Shown: positions 49,301 to 61,050 of the stretch, one piece after another
Layout: each line of letters begins with the position of its first letter
Position numbering within the stretch: the first letter of the stretch is position 1
Assembly: GCA_051294905.1 (NCBI GenBank)
Contig: CM119372.1
Span: 1,364,001 to 1,428,000 of the forward strand
Direction: 5' to 3'
Origin: Botryllus schlosseri
Taxonomy: Eukaryota
Length of the DNA stretch: 64,000 nucleotides
Translations under genes and position numbers: made by a program
The notes under the pieces: model-generated
Told to the model about the DNA's origin: nothing
Database searches by the model: none
The model's input: the letters and a program-made list of their open reading frames with translations, nothing else

Positions 49301-52300
49301 ACATTTTGAGCGCGATTTTCGTCACTGAGGATATGGGCTACGTTTACCCGTAGGCGGTAATTATGAATCAAAATAACGGTTTGCCAATCGTGCTCAGCGG
49401 GACTTGGCTACTTGTCCGAAAATAAGGCATCTAGGAAAAGCACTTTCGACTGTGGTCGTGGTGGATAATCAGGAAACACCGCGGATTAAACGTGTCTCGG
49501 TATTGATTTGGAGATTACGATTTAAATAAAGACAACTCGAGACACGACACGAAAGAAAAATATTGCGCGTCTAAAAACGTCACGATTAAAAACACTCAGC
49601 CAACGGACGACTATTTACTACAACACGACATTTCGGATGGGCGAGGTTTTCACCTGTGAAAACTCTACAGCAGGGGTCACCAACCCGGTGCCCGCGGGCA
49701 CCAGGTAGCCCGCGAGGACTAGATGAGTAGCCCGCGACCCCATTCTGAAAATAGGTGGAATAGCAGCATTTACTAATATTCGTCAGATTATTACCAGTGA
49801 GCTTTTAGATGTATAGATTGATTGATTCAGCTATTCTTGTTTAAAACACACTAACATGTAACTTACATATATAAACACTTAAAAATATCTTCAATTACAA
49901 TTAGTAATATATAGATGTATGTGATAGAATCACCAGAAATTCAAGATACGGCGCATTGCCTATACAGGCGACATGACGGAATGCCGTTCACGGTCTTCTT
50001 GAAATGGTGGAGGGTTCCGTTACGATAGCTCGACGACCAGGACAATGCCGAAGTAGTAAACAATATTACTATTCGGAGTCAGATAACCGTGATGTACTAG
50101 CAGATTTTCAATATCTGTATACCCATTACGTATTGCATCTTTTGGCACAGCTTGTATCGATTACACTCAACGCAGTTTAATATGCCATGCTTGTAACTTT
50201 CTGTAATCGTTGCTGCTGTCCGGTATGATGAAATCTTGTCATTTCTGGATGCTGAACAGTTGGAGATTGAAATTGTAACTATGCATAATGACCCCCACCT
50301 CAGTCTGCAGCAAACGTTTGGTGCATTATTGTTGATACGGAAAAGTACAGTGGTGTATGTGCAGCAGCTATGAAGGTTGCAAGCGTCTATGGTTCAACTT
50401 ATCGTTGTGAATCAGCCTTTTCGGACATGAACTTCATCAAAAACAAACACAAAACACGGTTAATTAATGCACATCTGGAATACTAGCTCAGAGTTGCAGT
50501 GTCAAGTTAAATACCAGAGTAGGGAGCGCACTAGTTGATATCATACAATGCCAGGCTTCCGACTGACTGCTATAGAAACAGATAACATGATGTCCAGTCA
50601 TGCCCAGTGCTATGAATATCAAAGTGGAAATTCAGTGTGGTACGGGTAAACGACGGGAGTAAATAGTAGCCCGCCGCTTCAATCATTACGCAAAAGTAGC
50701 CCTCGGTTGCAGAAAGGTTGGTGACCCCTGCTCTACAGCAAGTCCGCCGGATTGCTAGTCTGCGCTCGAGATTACCGGGCCAATATCTGACGTCAACTTA
50801 TTCGCCTACCGACCCATTTCGTTTCCTTTTCATCGGACTTGGAAACTATGCCGGTAATCTAACTCTAATCTAATTTGCGAAAAATGTTTCTATATGCTCT
50901 CATTAAAAATCTTAATATAATTTCTGGTTTCCCTGCAAATGCTATACAGGTCAGCCTTGGCAAACGGGAAAATTTTCAGCTTTCTAAATCAGATTAGAAT
51001 CATCACTATAGGCTACAGCTCTTTTTCAAAATTAGACTAGAACTAGAATGATCACTGTGGCGAGATGATGCACAGTTGCAACGCCAATGGGTTGCGGGTT
51101 CGAGTCCGACTATAGATAACTAACCTACGGAACAATGCCGATTTTCAAACTTCGAGGTGTCTTTTAAGGGGGTTCCGTTGCCCTGATTAGATTTTAATGT
51201 ATATTTGCGGAATCAGTGCGACAGTAGCTTTCAAATATGATCAACTTTATTGAATTTAAGCACGCGGATCGGCAGCCATAGGATTAGCGATTATGTTGCG
51301 TTCAGATTGCTGAACAGTAATTACCTACGGGCAAGCAAGCGTGACGACGGGTGTTGCGTATCTATCCGTAGGTTAGTTATCCATAGTCCGACCGAGATCG
51401 ACTCCAGAATTCCGACCTAGGTTCCTCCTCGCAATCTGATCCGAGCGAGCGGTGTCTTAAAAAAGCCTAGAAGATGGCCGTGCTACAAGTCGGCAGATAC
51501 GGAATCAAAAAACAAGACAATCGACCAGGTATAAATGATAATTGTAGTCGACAAACAACATGAATAACACACAAAGCGGCATTTCGCTCTAATTAGTCAA
51601 ATTACGCAACTAGTGGCCAAAATCTGCCACAGAGGAACTGCAGCCTACAGCACGAAACGAGGCAAGCTTGTAACCTACAATGCATAAAATCGCCATTCTC
51701 GTGCTTATCAGCATGAACTCTGAATCCCTACGAATAGGGCTGGGCACAATGATTCGAGTACTCGAATCTGAATCGAGTAATTATTTTAATGATTCGAGTC
51801 GAGTAGCAAAAGACGATTTTTCGAGTACTGATATTATACGCTCCTCGCTACTGAAAGTTGTTTTATCAACGAGAATTACGGTTTCAATACTATTTTTCAC
51901 TGTGGTAGCCTTGAAACCTTGATTGACCGCATCGTAGCATACGAAACATATGTTACAAAGTTACGGCCGTTACTGGAAAGACATTTTCGAAGTCGTGATC
52001 CTCTCACTACTTTGTCACAAAGTGCAATGAAATCGACAGGGTCGAAGAAATACCGAAGTATGTTTAATGTGATGGATAACAGACATTATAATCTTTGTGG
52101 TGGCACAAAAGGTACATATTTGAACTTTTACATATTACATTTTGTTGCGACGTCATAATGAGTGATGCTCGAATACTTGACTTGACTCGACTCGAAGCAT
52201 GATACGGGATTCAGATTCGAATCACTCAGGTACTCGATTTTGCCCAGCCTTAGCTACGAATTGGACTTGAATTTCGTTATATTTCTTTCTAATTCGCGAT

Positions 52301-55300
52301 TATATTCCAAACTCTAAATCTAATTTGGGAAAACCGTGTAGCTACCATTCCAACTCTAATCCTATTTGAGAAAGCGGAAAATCTCCGTGTTGTTCAACTC
52401 TAAAGAGCGTTTTCGAGGTACAGAACTTCAGTATACAACTGAATGATATATTCACCGTGAAATAAACCTACTCTGCGCTCCGCATTACTGGACCACGAGC
52501 AGACCTATCTGTTTCGTCGCTGACACACACGCTTCATTTTCATCACCTGTCCTTTTTATGTCATCTTCTTTTACTTTTCATTCGGTGTATAATGTACTGC
52601 ACGTGCACATACGCTATATTACATGTTGTAGGCCATTTTGGATGTTTCATGGAAAGACTACGAGCCGTTTCAACTCCTTCCAATCTGCTCGATTTATTAC
52701 AATCTTGTGGTGTTTTGAAATGATGATTACTATTTACGAACTGAACTGATAGCGTCCTCGTGTCTTGCACCAGTCACCTCACCGGTAAAGGGGCAATCCT
52801 TTCTCCCACTTGACCCGAAATGCCAAACGCAACAGGCTGAATAAGTCCACACGCATGCAAGGTGCATGCACATTGCATAACTCATTCACACATACATGTG
52901 ATTAAACACTGCGTAGTGTAATTGGCATTGCCTCGTTGCCGTTATTGATTGCTGTGATTGATTGCTAGTAATGAGATTGACCAGCGTTCGTCATATCCAT
53001 GACCAAAGCGATGCGTCTTCTGTATGAGCTGTCTACAAACTGGTAGTATTCCATCAATACAACGTACCCCGGAGCAGACTTGGATTATGTAATAGTTCTA
53101 GTTGTTCATCTAATCTAAAGCTAATTTGTGGAATGTCTTTACGCTGTAGTTTTAATTCTAATCTAACTTCTGGTTTGCCAGAAAACGCTACATGATAACT
53201 GTATAGTTCGAAACGAGCCAAGCTTGGCGTACAGGCATTTTCCATTATCAGGTTTACAAAAATAAACTCTGGTTTTATATGAACTTGATTTTTGCTGTGT
53301 CTCGATCTAATTCTGAAATGAAATAAATTGCCAAGTTATTGTGAATTCAGTAATTTTGAATAAACTATTCATCTGTAATTCCAACTCTAACGTAGCTTGT
53401 GAATGCTCAAAATGATTTAGAAGTTCATCTCTGCTCGGATTGCTGTATAGTCCCTGCTCGGCGTCAAGCTGCGACCTCGCCCGGCACCAGCTTTTACAAT
53501 ACTGCCTTTTTGAAGAGATATCACAATATTTCGTACACGGTTGATTGATCGATAATATATCCGTGCGGATCCTTTTTCGTACGACCGTAGATATCTAACT
53601 CATAGTCAAACACTATCTTTCAACTGCTATTATATCAGGTATGAGAAGTCAAATAAAGCGCTTCAATAGATTGTATTCCAATAGCATGATAATTTCAGAA
53701 CGGCGCCTGCAGAAATGTAGGTGATAGTTCATCCGACGCATATCCTCAAAGCGTGATCGATGATACTGATTATGTCAACGTTCGGTGGGTGTTGCCGACA
53801 TTGTGCAGATAGCGGATTCATCCCACTACATTTACCGGCCAATCGCATAACAGTAACGGCATAACGTTGATATCTTACTAGTAGATAGCACGTCAGTGCC
53901 GTGTCGATATACTGACCCATGGTCTAGTAGCCCACGATTGACCTCAACAGGGATAGAATTATTGATGAAAATAATTTAATAACGCGAAGAGACGCTAACG
54001 ACAACGCGCAATCATGTGTGCGGTATCGGGTTAGCGTCGGAGTGATGTCTACAGAGGCTTTTGACCTTTACTGAAGTGGCGAACTCCGGATTTTTGCTCA
54101 GTCACAAGACATTTTACCACATTACACATCAAATACAATGCTACAGAATACCTATGCACAAGATGAACTGTGCATCAACAACAGTGTTGCAAAAGTAAAT
54201 CCATTAAAACATGATTTTTCACACAAAACAACAAGATTGAAATGAATATTTGCTGCGGATCAGTGTAACTTCTGCCGTATGAGTTGGGTGTGTCGTGTGT
54301 GTCTTCACCTCAAGCGAACCCTTGGAGTAGCCTACGTGTGAGCCCGGTTAAGAAGCACTGCGTTTGGACATGGTACAATGAAAGACTACAGTTGAGCGAT
54401 TTTATATCCCACACACTAAACTGTCAAAGGTGGTCAGTAACGAAGTACTTCTACTTTTTGGAAGTACTCAAGTAGTTTTCCTCTACTTCTGGTACTTACT
54501 CAAGTAGATCTTTTTTTCGCTACTTCTACTTCGTAATATTTTGTGAACTACTTACTTACTTTTCGCTATTTTCAGTTTGTCAAGTAGAAGTAGTTTAATC
54601 CCCAATAAGAAAGATAGCCTAAGGAATTTCGGGGCTGTTTTCACGTAGTACCAACCATTAATTTTCACAAAAGTCATGTAATACCCAGAATTGTCGTTGC
54701 GCTTCGCGCACAGTAGATATGGAGTGGCAAATATGTTTTAACGAAAGTATCCCTGAATATAATTTAGATACCGGGTTGCGTGGTCCATCTCAGTAAGTAT
54801 GGCCGCACATAACGTTTGAGATGGAGGATTCTTTTTTTTTTAACTATCGTTTCGCAATCTAGCAATAACCTATTATACCTAGCAGCCCATGACGTGGAAA
54901 AGTGGACTTTGACTTTTTTAACGTTAGACCTGCTTTAGCAGACCACCGTTGAAACTTTCTGGACAATCATCATTGGTTTATTAGCAATTTTTATCAGTTC
55001 AATACACCACAAAAATGCGATACAATGACAAAAGACATGAAATATATTTCCCGCCTTTTAGAAGTAGTATTTGTATATTTCTTTCAATTACGAGTATTAT
55101 ACGTTGAGTTCTAATTATAGTTTCAATTCTTTTGTCAGGAAAACATACATGTTGATGTTGAAGTATAAAAGCAAGTGTAGTAATGCCCTATATTTTCCGA
55201 AAATAAAGCTACATACTATGGTATTTTTACGATCTGCCATATTTTTAATTAACTAATTGACTAATCGCGCAAAGTGTTAAAGCATCCGACACAACTTCTC

Positions 55301-58300
55301 CGTATTGTTCTTCGACTGAACTAGGGGCCTTATAATATGGGGGAGGGCGCCATGCCATGATATTCTCTAAAACGGGATGTTCGAGTAAACAAAGAATTAA
55401 TATGGCATTTCCATATCAATACTATCATTTACATCCCATGATGTGGACGACTGTTTATTTTGTCAAGAATTGACACCTCCTCGTCCTCCTGGGATGCATC
55501 AATATGAATCAAGCTCTCTACACCTTCCGCATATCTCAATTTGCAGCTTTTGACAAACCATGTGAACGAATTAAGATCGTTTTCACTACTTACTTACTTG
55601 AGTAGACTTAAATTCAGTCAATTCTACTTCTACTTCAAGTAGTTTTAGGTTGCTTATGAAGGAAGTACTTCTCCTCGTACTCGAGTAGATTTTTTCGTCG
55701 CTACTACTACTTCTACTTGAGTAGCTTTCTTGACTACTTTGACCACCTCTGTAATCTGCACGGGCTGTACCGAAGACAGCGGTGGTCAGTAACGAAGTGC
55801 ACTCCAAGTTGTTATGGTTTTAGACCAGTGGTTCTCAACCTTTTTTAGACACGCCCCCCCTTTATGATAGTGAAAAATTTCGCGCCCCCCTTATCGTCAC
55901 ATAACAATCACAAATACCAACCGGGATGCTAGCAGCCCCAACAGATCGTTTGATGACATGGGAGGTTATGACTGTTGATGAGAGAATTCAAAATATGAAA
56001 ATCGGTCTGTATATAGAGAAACATGCGTGAATTGGAGGTAAATCGCGCAGAGCGCGAAAAAAAATCAGTTGACCGCTTTTTCGCGCCCCCCTTCAGATGC
56101 TTTCACGCACCCCAAGGGGGGTGCGCCCCCAGGTTGAGAACCACTGTTTTAGACTAGTTCTACTTCAGTGACGACGATGACTACTGCGGCCAACTCTGAC
56201 TAGAGACCAGGATGGCCCCTGGAAATAAACGCTGAGCTGCCGCGACAACCGAATATCTCAGCTGTTAAAAGTATTGAAAATCTTCTAATTATACCGCCTT
56301 AGAACATCCTTCATATGGCCAACTATACAAGGCCATGAATGGCAAGATTGGTTTTTAACCTGGGTTCAAGCGAACTCCATGGGTTCGATGAGACAGTGTT
56401 AAGGGGTTCGGTGGAGGTCAAGAGACAAGCCCGACTCGCACAGCAGTCACGCCACACTGAAATGCAGTAAATACTCAATATCACCTGTCTGTAGTGCGGG
56501 AATCTCGTTTTAGTAGCTTAGTACTTTTCACGCTGCTGTTGTTGCACAGGTCATTTTCTGCACCAGAAGTATTCTACGGTAATGTATTAGATGTGTGGTA
56601 GACTTTTGTTATTGTGTTTCCACCAAAATTCGGGGTTCACCGAAGGCTTGTAGTTACTAAGACTGCAGAAACAATAGAACTACTTTCTTGTGGGCTGAAT
56701 ACTTTGTCATAATTACATTCTGGGTTGATTCTAATTTTTACAAGTTCACCTGCCCGAGTGCCCGTCTGTGTAAAAACGATCTAAAAGTCGAAGACAGATA
56801 AGTTTCAATTGATTTATTAGAACTAATATAAAATCAAACAATTTGTGTTTTTGCGACGAGATGCAATCAATCAGTAAGGTATTACTAAAGCGGAACAGTA
56901 CATTTTTGTCTCGTATCACCAAATATCAACTATAAACAGCTTCAACGTAACACAACGCAAGGGCACCAGGAGTAAATAGGCGCCTTCTTGCTTCAAAATA
57001 ACTTCAATCCAAATAAGGGGTTACGAAACGAAAGAGCGATCGAGGCGAACATTTAAATGAGATAGCAACAATATAAACAGAGATGTTTCAATGAAGAATT
57101 GACAAGTAGCCATCACTTACGACGTCAGATGGAAGCCTACGGACCAACTATTGTCAGCATCTCAAGTATTTGCGTGAAATGAGCAAATACGAAGTTTCAG
57201 TTTCGCTGACATTTGCCATGTGAACATTAACCCGAATCAATCATTCTACGAACCCTTATGTATCAGAAATTGACTTTTTTTGCGAGTAGAGAACTTTCAG
57301 AAATATCAGAACTACAGCCTTATTATAGCCTGTCTACGAACCTCTAGACATGAAATTATAAGTGACACAGCAAGACTCAGCACTGTGGTCGAGGCAGTGG
57401 TAGTGCTGACGATTCACTCGGACATTCTCATCTCGACAATACTTTCAAATGCAAGACAAACGATAAGAGTGGAAGGAGACATACATCAAGTTACACTTGT
57501 AGAAAACAAAGTCATAGAAACGACACAAAAGATCAATGAAAAAATACAAGCTTATCATACACTGATGCACGTATGCAGACGGAAAAGGAAAATAGTTGGA
57601 CACACACAAGCCACGTCTGAATACACAAAACAAAGTATTCGTTTTCCGAAGAAATATTAGTTATATTACCAACGCTAGTTTTAGCGAGCACTGACAAGCC
57701 TTCTCTAGAGGTTAGTGCACGAATAAAGCAGAGGGTAGCATATTCTTACTTTCAGAGAGGACATATACACATCTTTATCTACATACACGGTAACCATGGT
57801 GCTGTGCATTACACCCGAATTTGATAGCATATTATTGATTACCTGTAGAATCACAGTCAATACCGTGGTCAGGTTGTAAATGTCATGTGTCACTCTGTGC
57901 TACTGATAAACGGATGGGCATTGCTGTGCTATGACAATAGCAGGGCAACAGATTTTCTGGAATTTGTTCGATTATGGCAGTATAATTGAAGCAGCATGAA
58001 GGATATGCTTCATTAGAAAGATTCAGAGGGGAATAAATGACCAAACTCCTGTGTCTAGAACTTCTGAACCAGCAGAAACGTAAAGACTCGGGGTGTTATA
58101 GCGAAATGAGTGATCAGAGAAGAGATTGAAGTAAAAGTTTTTATATTCGGTTCCGAATCATGAAGGTCAGAATTCAAATCCAAAAATGGCCACTTTTAGG
58201 AACTATTATATCATCAGCCAAGCTCGAAAGATTTGTAGTGAAACATCCAAATTGGCAGCAGAGTCATTGAACTTTAGATTATATTGCGTCAAAGATATTG

Positions 58301-61050
58301 TCAAACCAAGCAATGAGCTGCCATTCATTTCTACAGGCCGTCAAATGACACCAGTAACCAAGAATAGGTCATGGATTGGGTTTGGAAAAGAACATAAATC
58401 ACAATCGATAATTTTGAGGTAGGTGAAAATTGAAATTTGTTATCCATCAAGACGTATCTATTGGACATAAATCGCTAACTGATAGCTCACCAAGTAAGTC
58501 TGGGAAAAATTGAGTATCTGAGTAGCATATTCGAGTATTGCTCAATGCTCATTATGACGTCCCGAGAGTTAAATACACGTAAAGTTCAGTTATGTAGGCC
58601 TACCTTTTATGCGACCACAAAGAACATTATGTCGTTCCACATCACATAAAAGATAATTTGGTATTTTTTCAAGCATGCTTATTCCAAAATGACTTTTTTT
58701 CTGAAATGTACTGGCTACCTGATAAAATTGTTAGATTACCTAATTTAAGCCTAGACACCAAATTTAGATTAATTCCAACCAGTAGCCGCATTGCTACAGA
58801 AGAAAGTTTCTATTTATTATATAAAAATTGATGACGGTGAAAGTCAGTTGCGTATCCTAAAAATTGATACATTTTTTTTTAATTTTCTGTTCACCCCATG
58901 AAAGTGTTAGGTTGTCCATAGAAACGATGTGCACCAAGTTTGACTCAATTCCAACCAGTGGAAGCGGAGTTATCGCCGTCGACAAAATTTGGATGGTGGC
59001 CAATTCTTCAATTATTATACTATTTTATTCGAGTCCAAATTTTTCGACGGCAATAACTCCGCTTCTACGGATTGGAATTGAGTCAAACTTGGTGCACATC
59101 GTTTCTATGGACAACCCAACACTTCTACGGGGTGAACAGAAAATTTTGAATTTTTTTTTCATCAATTTTATATAATGAACAGAAACATTCTTCTGTAGCA
59201 ATGCGGCTACTGGTTGGAATTGAACCAAATTTCGCGTCTAGGCTTAAATTTGGTAACCTAACAATTTTATCAAGTAGCCAGTACAATTTAAGAAAAAAAT
59301 TCATTTTTGAACACCCCTAATGTGTAGCTTCACTTTGTACTGAAGGGTTCATATGTTACGATACAACCCATCAAAGTTTTCGCATTGGAAAATAGTATCG
59401 AAACCACAATTCTCGTTGATAATTAACTCTCAGTGGTAAGGATCGTGTAATGCAGTAGTCGAGCAATTCCATCTGTCAATACTCGACTCATTACAATTAA
59501 TTCTCGAATCATTGTGCTTAGCCCTAATTTCAAGTCGAATCAGCAACTATTTGAGATATCAACTCCGCAAGACAATCTATGCGATTGGTCTCTACGCAGT
59601 CTATGCACTGATCGCTTCAAACAACGTACAGAAAACAACATACATAGTACCAGTACTTCAGTGCAACGTCATACACCAGTAGCAGCTCACAGTATTACAC
59701 CACATGGCAAATATCATTAGCCATGAAGTATCCAGGCCGGCGCCTGTTCAATTTTGCAAAAGTCTTGCCTCGCCAGGCTTAATTACAAAGAATGATTTCC
59801 CGTTGTGCACCGACTGTCCTCGATATGTTATCAAAGTAAGATACATCGAGTGGTTTGATAACAAATGAGTCGAATGTATCCAACTGTTGACGAGATCTAT
59901 CTCCTTCAGATTCGTGACAATCAATACCTTCATCCATAGACGATGAAACAGACGACTCGGTGCTAGTTGAGATGTGCCTGGACCGCGGAGGAACAGATAT
60001 AACACGCGTAGATACTTCATGTCGCGAACGAATTGCGTAACTTGTAGTTTGGGCCGTCACTTGGACTTCTGGTGGGGTGCGAGACGAGTTATAATAATTG
60101 TGATCGTGAAGGTGATTATTATTTGTAACTCTCGGCAGATTGTTACTATGAGTTCTATTTGCTTGACCGCGCACAACTTGTTCATAAGATGGCGGAGGGA
60201 GGGATGGAAAAAGCGTATCTTCTTCATGGTTTTGACCGGCCCATTCGTTAAACTCAATCATTTCTAATCTAGCTGTTGTTGTTGGATCATCAGCAACTTC
60301 GGTTGCTAATTCAGACTGTGTTGAATTCGTGTAATTCTGACTGCTGGAAGGTACAGGCAGAAAAAGCTCTGAGCTTTGGATAGCTTCTGACAGAATATCT
60401 GACGTACCCCATGCAGGTATATTATCAATTGATTTAGCGACACCAGAAGCTCCGTTTACAAAAGAATCGTAATCGGAGATGAACTGTTGCCAGTTTAGAT
60501 CGGAAAAAGTCTGCTCCAAAGTAGCAGTGTTATTGCTTGACAATAAACTGTTGATATCATCTTCCTCCATATTTCCAGGCAAGAAATTATTGAATATATC
60601 CAAATTCTCATCACCCACGAGAGGTTGACTGAACCCGCCAACGGCACCATCAGTTGCAGAATTTCTTAATACTTGTAATCCACCGTGAGATAGCGATCCA
60701 GATGGTTCGGACATTCCCAATACCATTGTGATAACCCCGTCATCAACGACGGTACTTCTTGAAACACTGGTACGCAGCTGGGGTATAGGATACTGTGACC
60801 TAACATCTTGCATTATTCTGTTATATTCATCGGCCAACGGATCATATCCAGCATGAAATGGCTTTCTGAATTGGCCGTTTGATGGCACTGAGACAGGAGT
60901 CAATAATAAAGGTCCGTGGCTTGAGCTGTCCGGCAAATCCAGGCCTTGATGAGTTGGAATGATGCCAACGTTTGATTGCCGCATAGCCATAATGATGAAG
61001 ATGAAATCCATCAAGCCATTGACGATAAGTCCTTTGTTGATTCGATGCAT
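37302..61050 (-). CDS. NFE2L1: CNC-bZIP transcription factor, Nrf1/Nrf2 (NFE2L) family
   Basis: Phase-consistent exons: 48097-47975 (LYQQNIDLG), 47728-47645 (DGETGEFLP), 43628-43492 (ELWDDIATLSE, Neh5-like), 42754-42690, 41929-41607, 40430-40316, 40131-40078 (DS|GYAD), 39993-39948, 38977-38791 (CNC: SRDKKKARELNI..RDIRRRGKNK), 38021-37857 (VAAQNCRKRK + zipper) and 37490-37302 (stop). A large upstream exon starts at 61050; its junction to 48097 is unresolved. Minus-strand AATAAA at 36276-36271. The symbol names the closest vertebrate type; this is probably the single pro-orthologue. Confidence 0.88.
45523..45910. mobile_element. hAT (Buster/Charlie-type) MITE
   Basis: TIR CAGTGGTTCCCAAC/GTTGGGAACCACTG, perfect TSD ATCTAAAT, many TCGCCCCC subterminal repeats. 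Confidence 0.9.
49671..50730 (+). mobile_element. Internally deleted hAT (Buster/Charlie-type) DNA transposon with a transposase remnant
   Basis: TIR CAGGGGTCACCAACC/GGTTGGTGACCCCTG and perfect 8-bp TSD CTCTACAG (nnnTAnnn). About 50340-50505 translates to a broken hAT dimerisation motif KVASVYGSTYRCESAFSDMNFIKNKHKTRL..HL*LRVA. Confidence 0.9.
51055..51520 (+). mobile_element. tRNA-derived SINE-like element interrupted by a MITE
   Basis: A-box-like TGGCGAGATGA and B box GGTTCGAGTCC (51097-51107). The body resumes after the 51111-51385 insertion and ends in A-rich sequence. Confidence 0.45.
51111..51385. mobile_element. MITE with a 7-bp TSD (P-superfamily-like)
   Basis: TIR TATAGATAACTAACCTACGG/CCGTAGGTTAGTTATCCATA and TSD GTCCGAC (51104-10, 51386-92). 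Confidence 0.8.
51735..52252. mobile_element. hAT-like MITE (GGCTGGGC family)
   Basis: TIR TAGGGCTGGGCA/TGCCCAGCCTTA and TSD CCTACGAA/GCTACGAA. Confidence 0.82.
55826..56146. mobile_element. hAT (Buster/Charlie-type) MITE nested in an AGTAG-family MITE
   Basis: TIR CAGTGGTTCTCAACC/GGTTGAGAACCACTG and perfect TSD TTTTAGAC. Partial relatives at about 12135-12390 and 23280-23502. Confidence 0.88.
59779..61050 (-). CDS. Large first coding exon of the Nrf gene with an NHB1-like membrane anchor
   Basis: 423-codon ORF. The N-terminus MHRINKGLIVNGLMDFIFIIMAMR resembles the NRF1 NHB1 signal anchor (MLSLKKYLTEGLLQFTILLSL). It is acidic and Ser/Thr/Asn-rich, on the same strand and upstream of the DLG exon. 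A likely donor is near 59927. Confidence 0.72.
   Translation of the reverse strand: MHRINKGLIVNGLMDFIFIIMAMRQSNVGIIPTHQGLDLPDSSSHGPLLLTPVSVPSNGQFRKPFHAGYDPLADEYNRIMQDVRSQYPIPQLRTSVSRSTVVDDGVITMVLGMSEPSGSLSHGGLQVLRNSATDGAVGGFSQPLVGDENLDIFNNFLPGNMEEDDINSLLSSNNTATLEQTFSDLNWQQFISDYDSFVNGASGVAKSIDNIPAWGTSDILSEAIQSSELFLPVPSSSQNYTNSTQSELATEVADDPTTTARLEMIEFNEWAGQNHEEDTLFPSLPPPSYEQVVRGQANRTHSNNLPRVTNNNHLHDHNYYNSSRTPPEVQVTAQTTSYAIRSRHEVSTRVISVPPRSRHISTSTESSVSSSMDEGIDCHESEGDRSRQQLDTFDSFVIKPLDVSYFDNISRTVGAQREIILCN

Noticed and set aside
55477..55560. Acidic peptide DASQEDEE as the missing Nrf linker exon
   Set aside because: No credible acceptor, and it lies within the transposon-bounded segment 54425-55751.
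57280..57660. 126-aa ORF antisense in the Nrf intron
   Set aside because: Non-ATG start and no recognisable motif.
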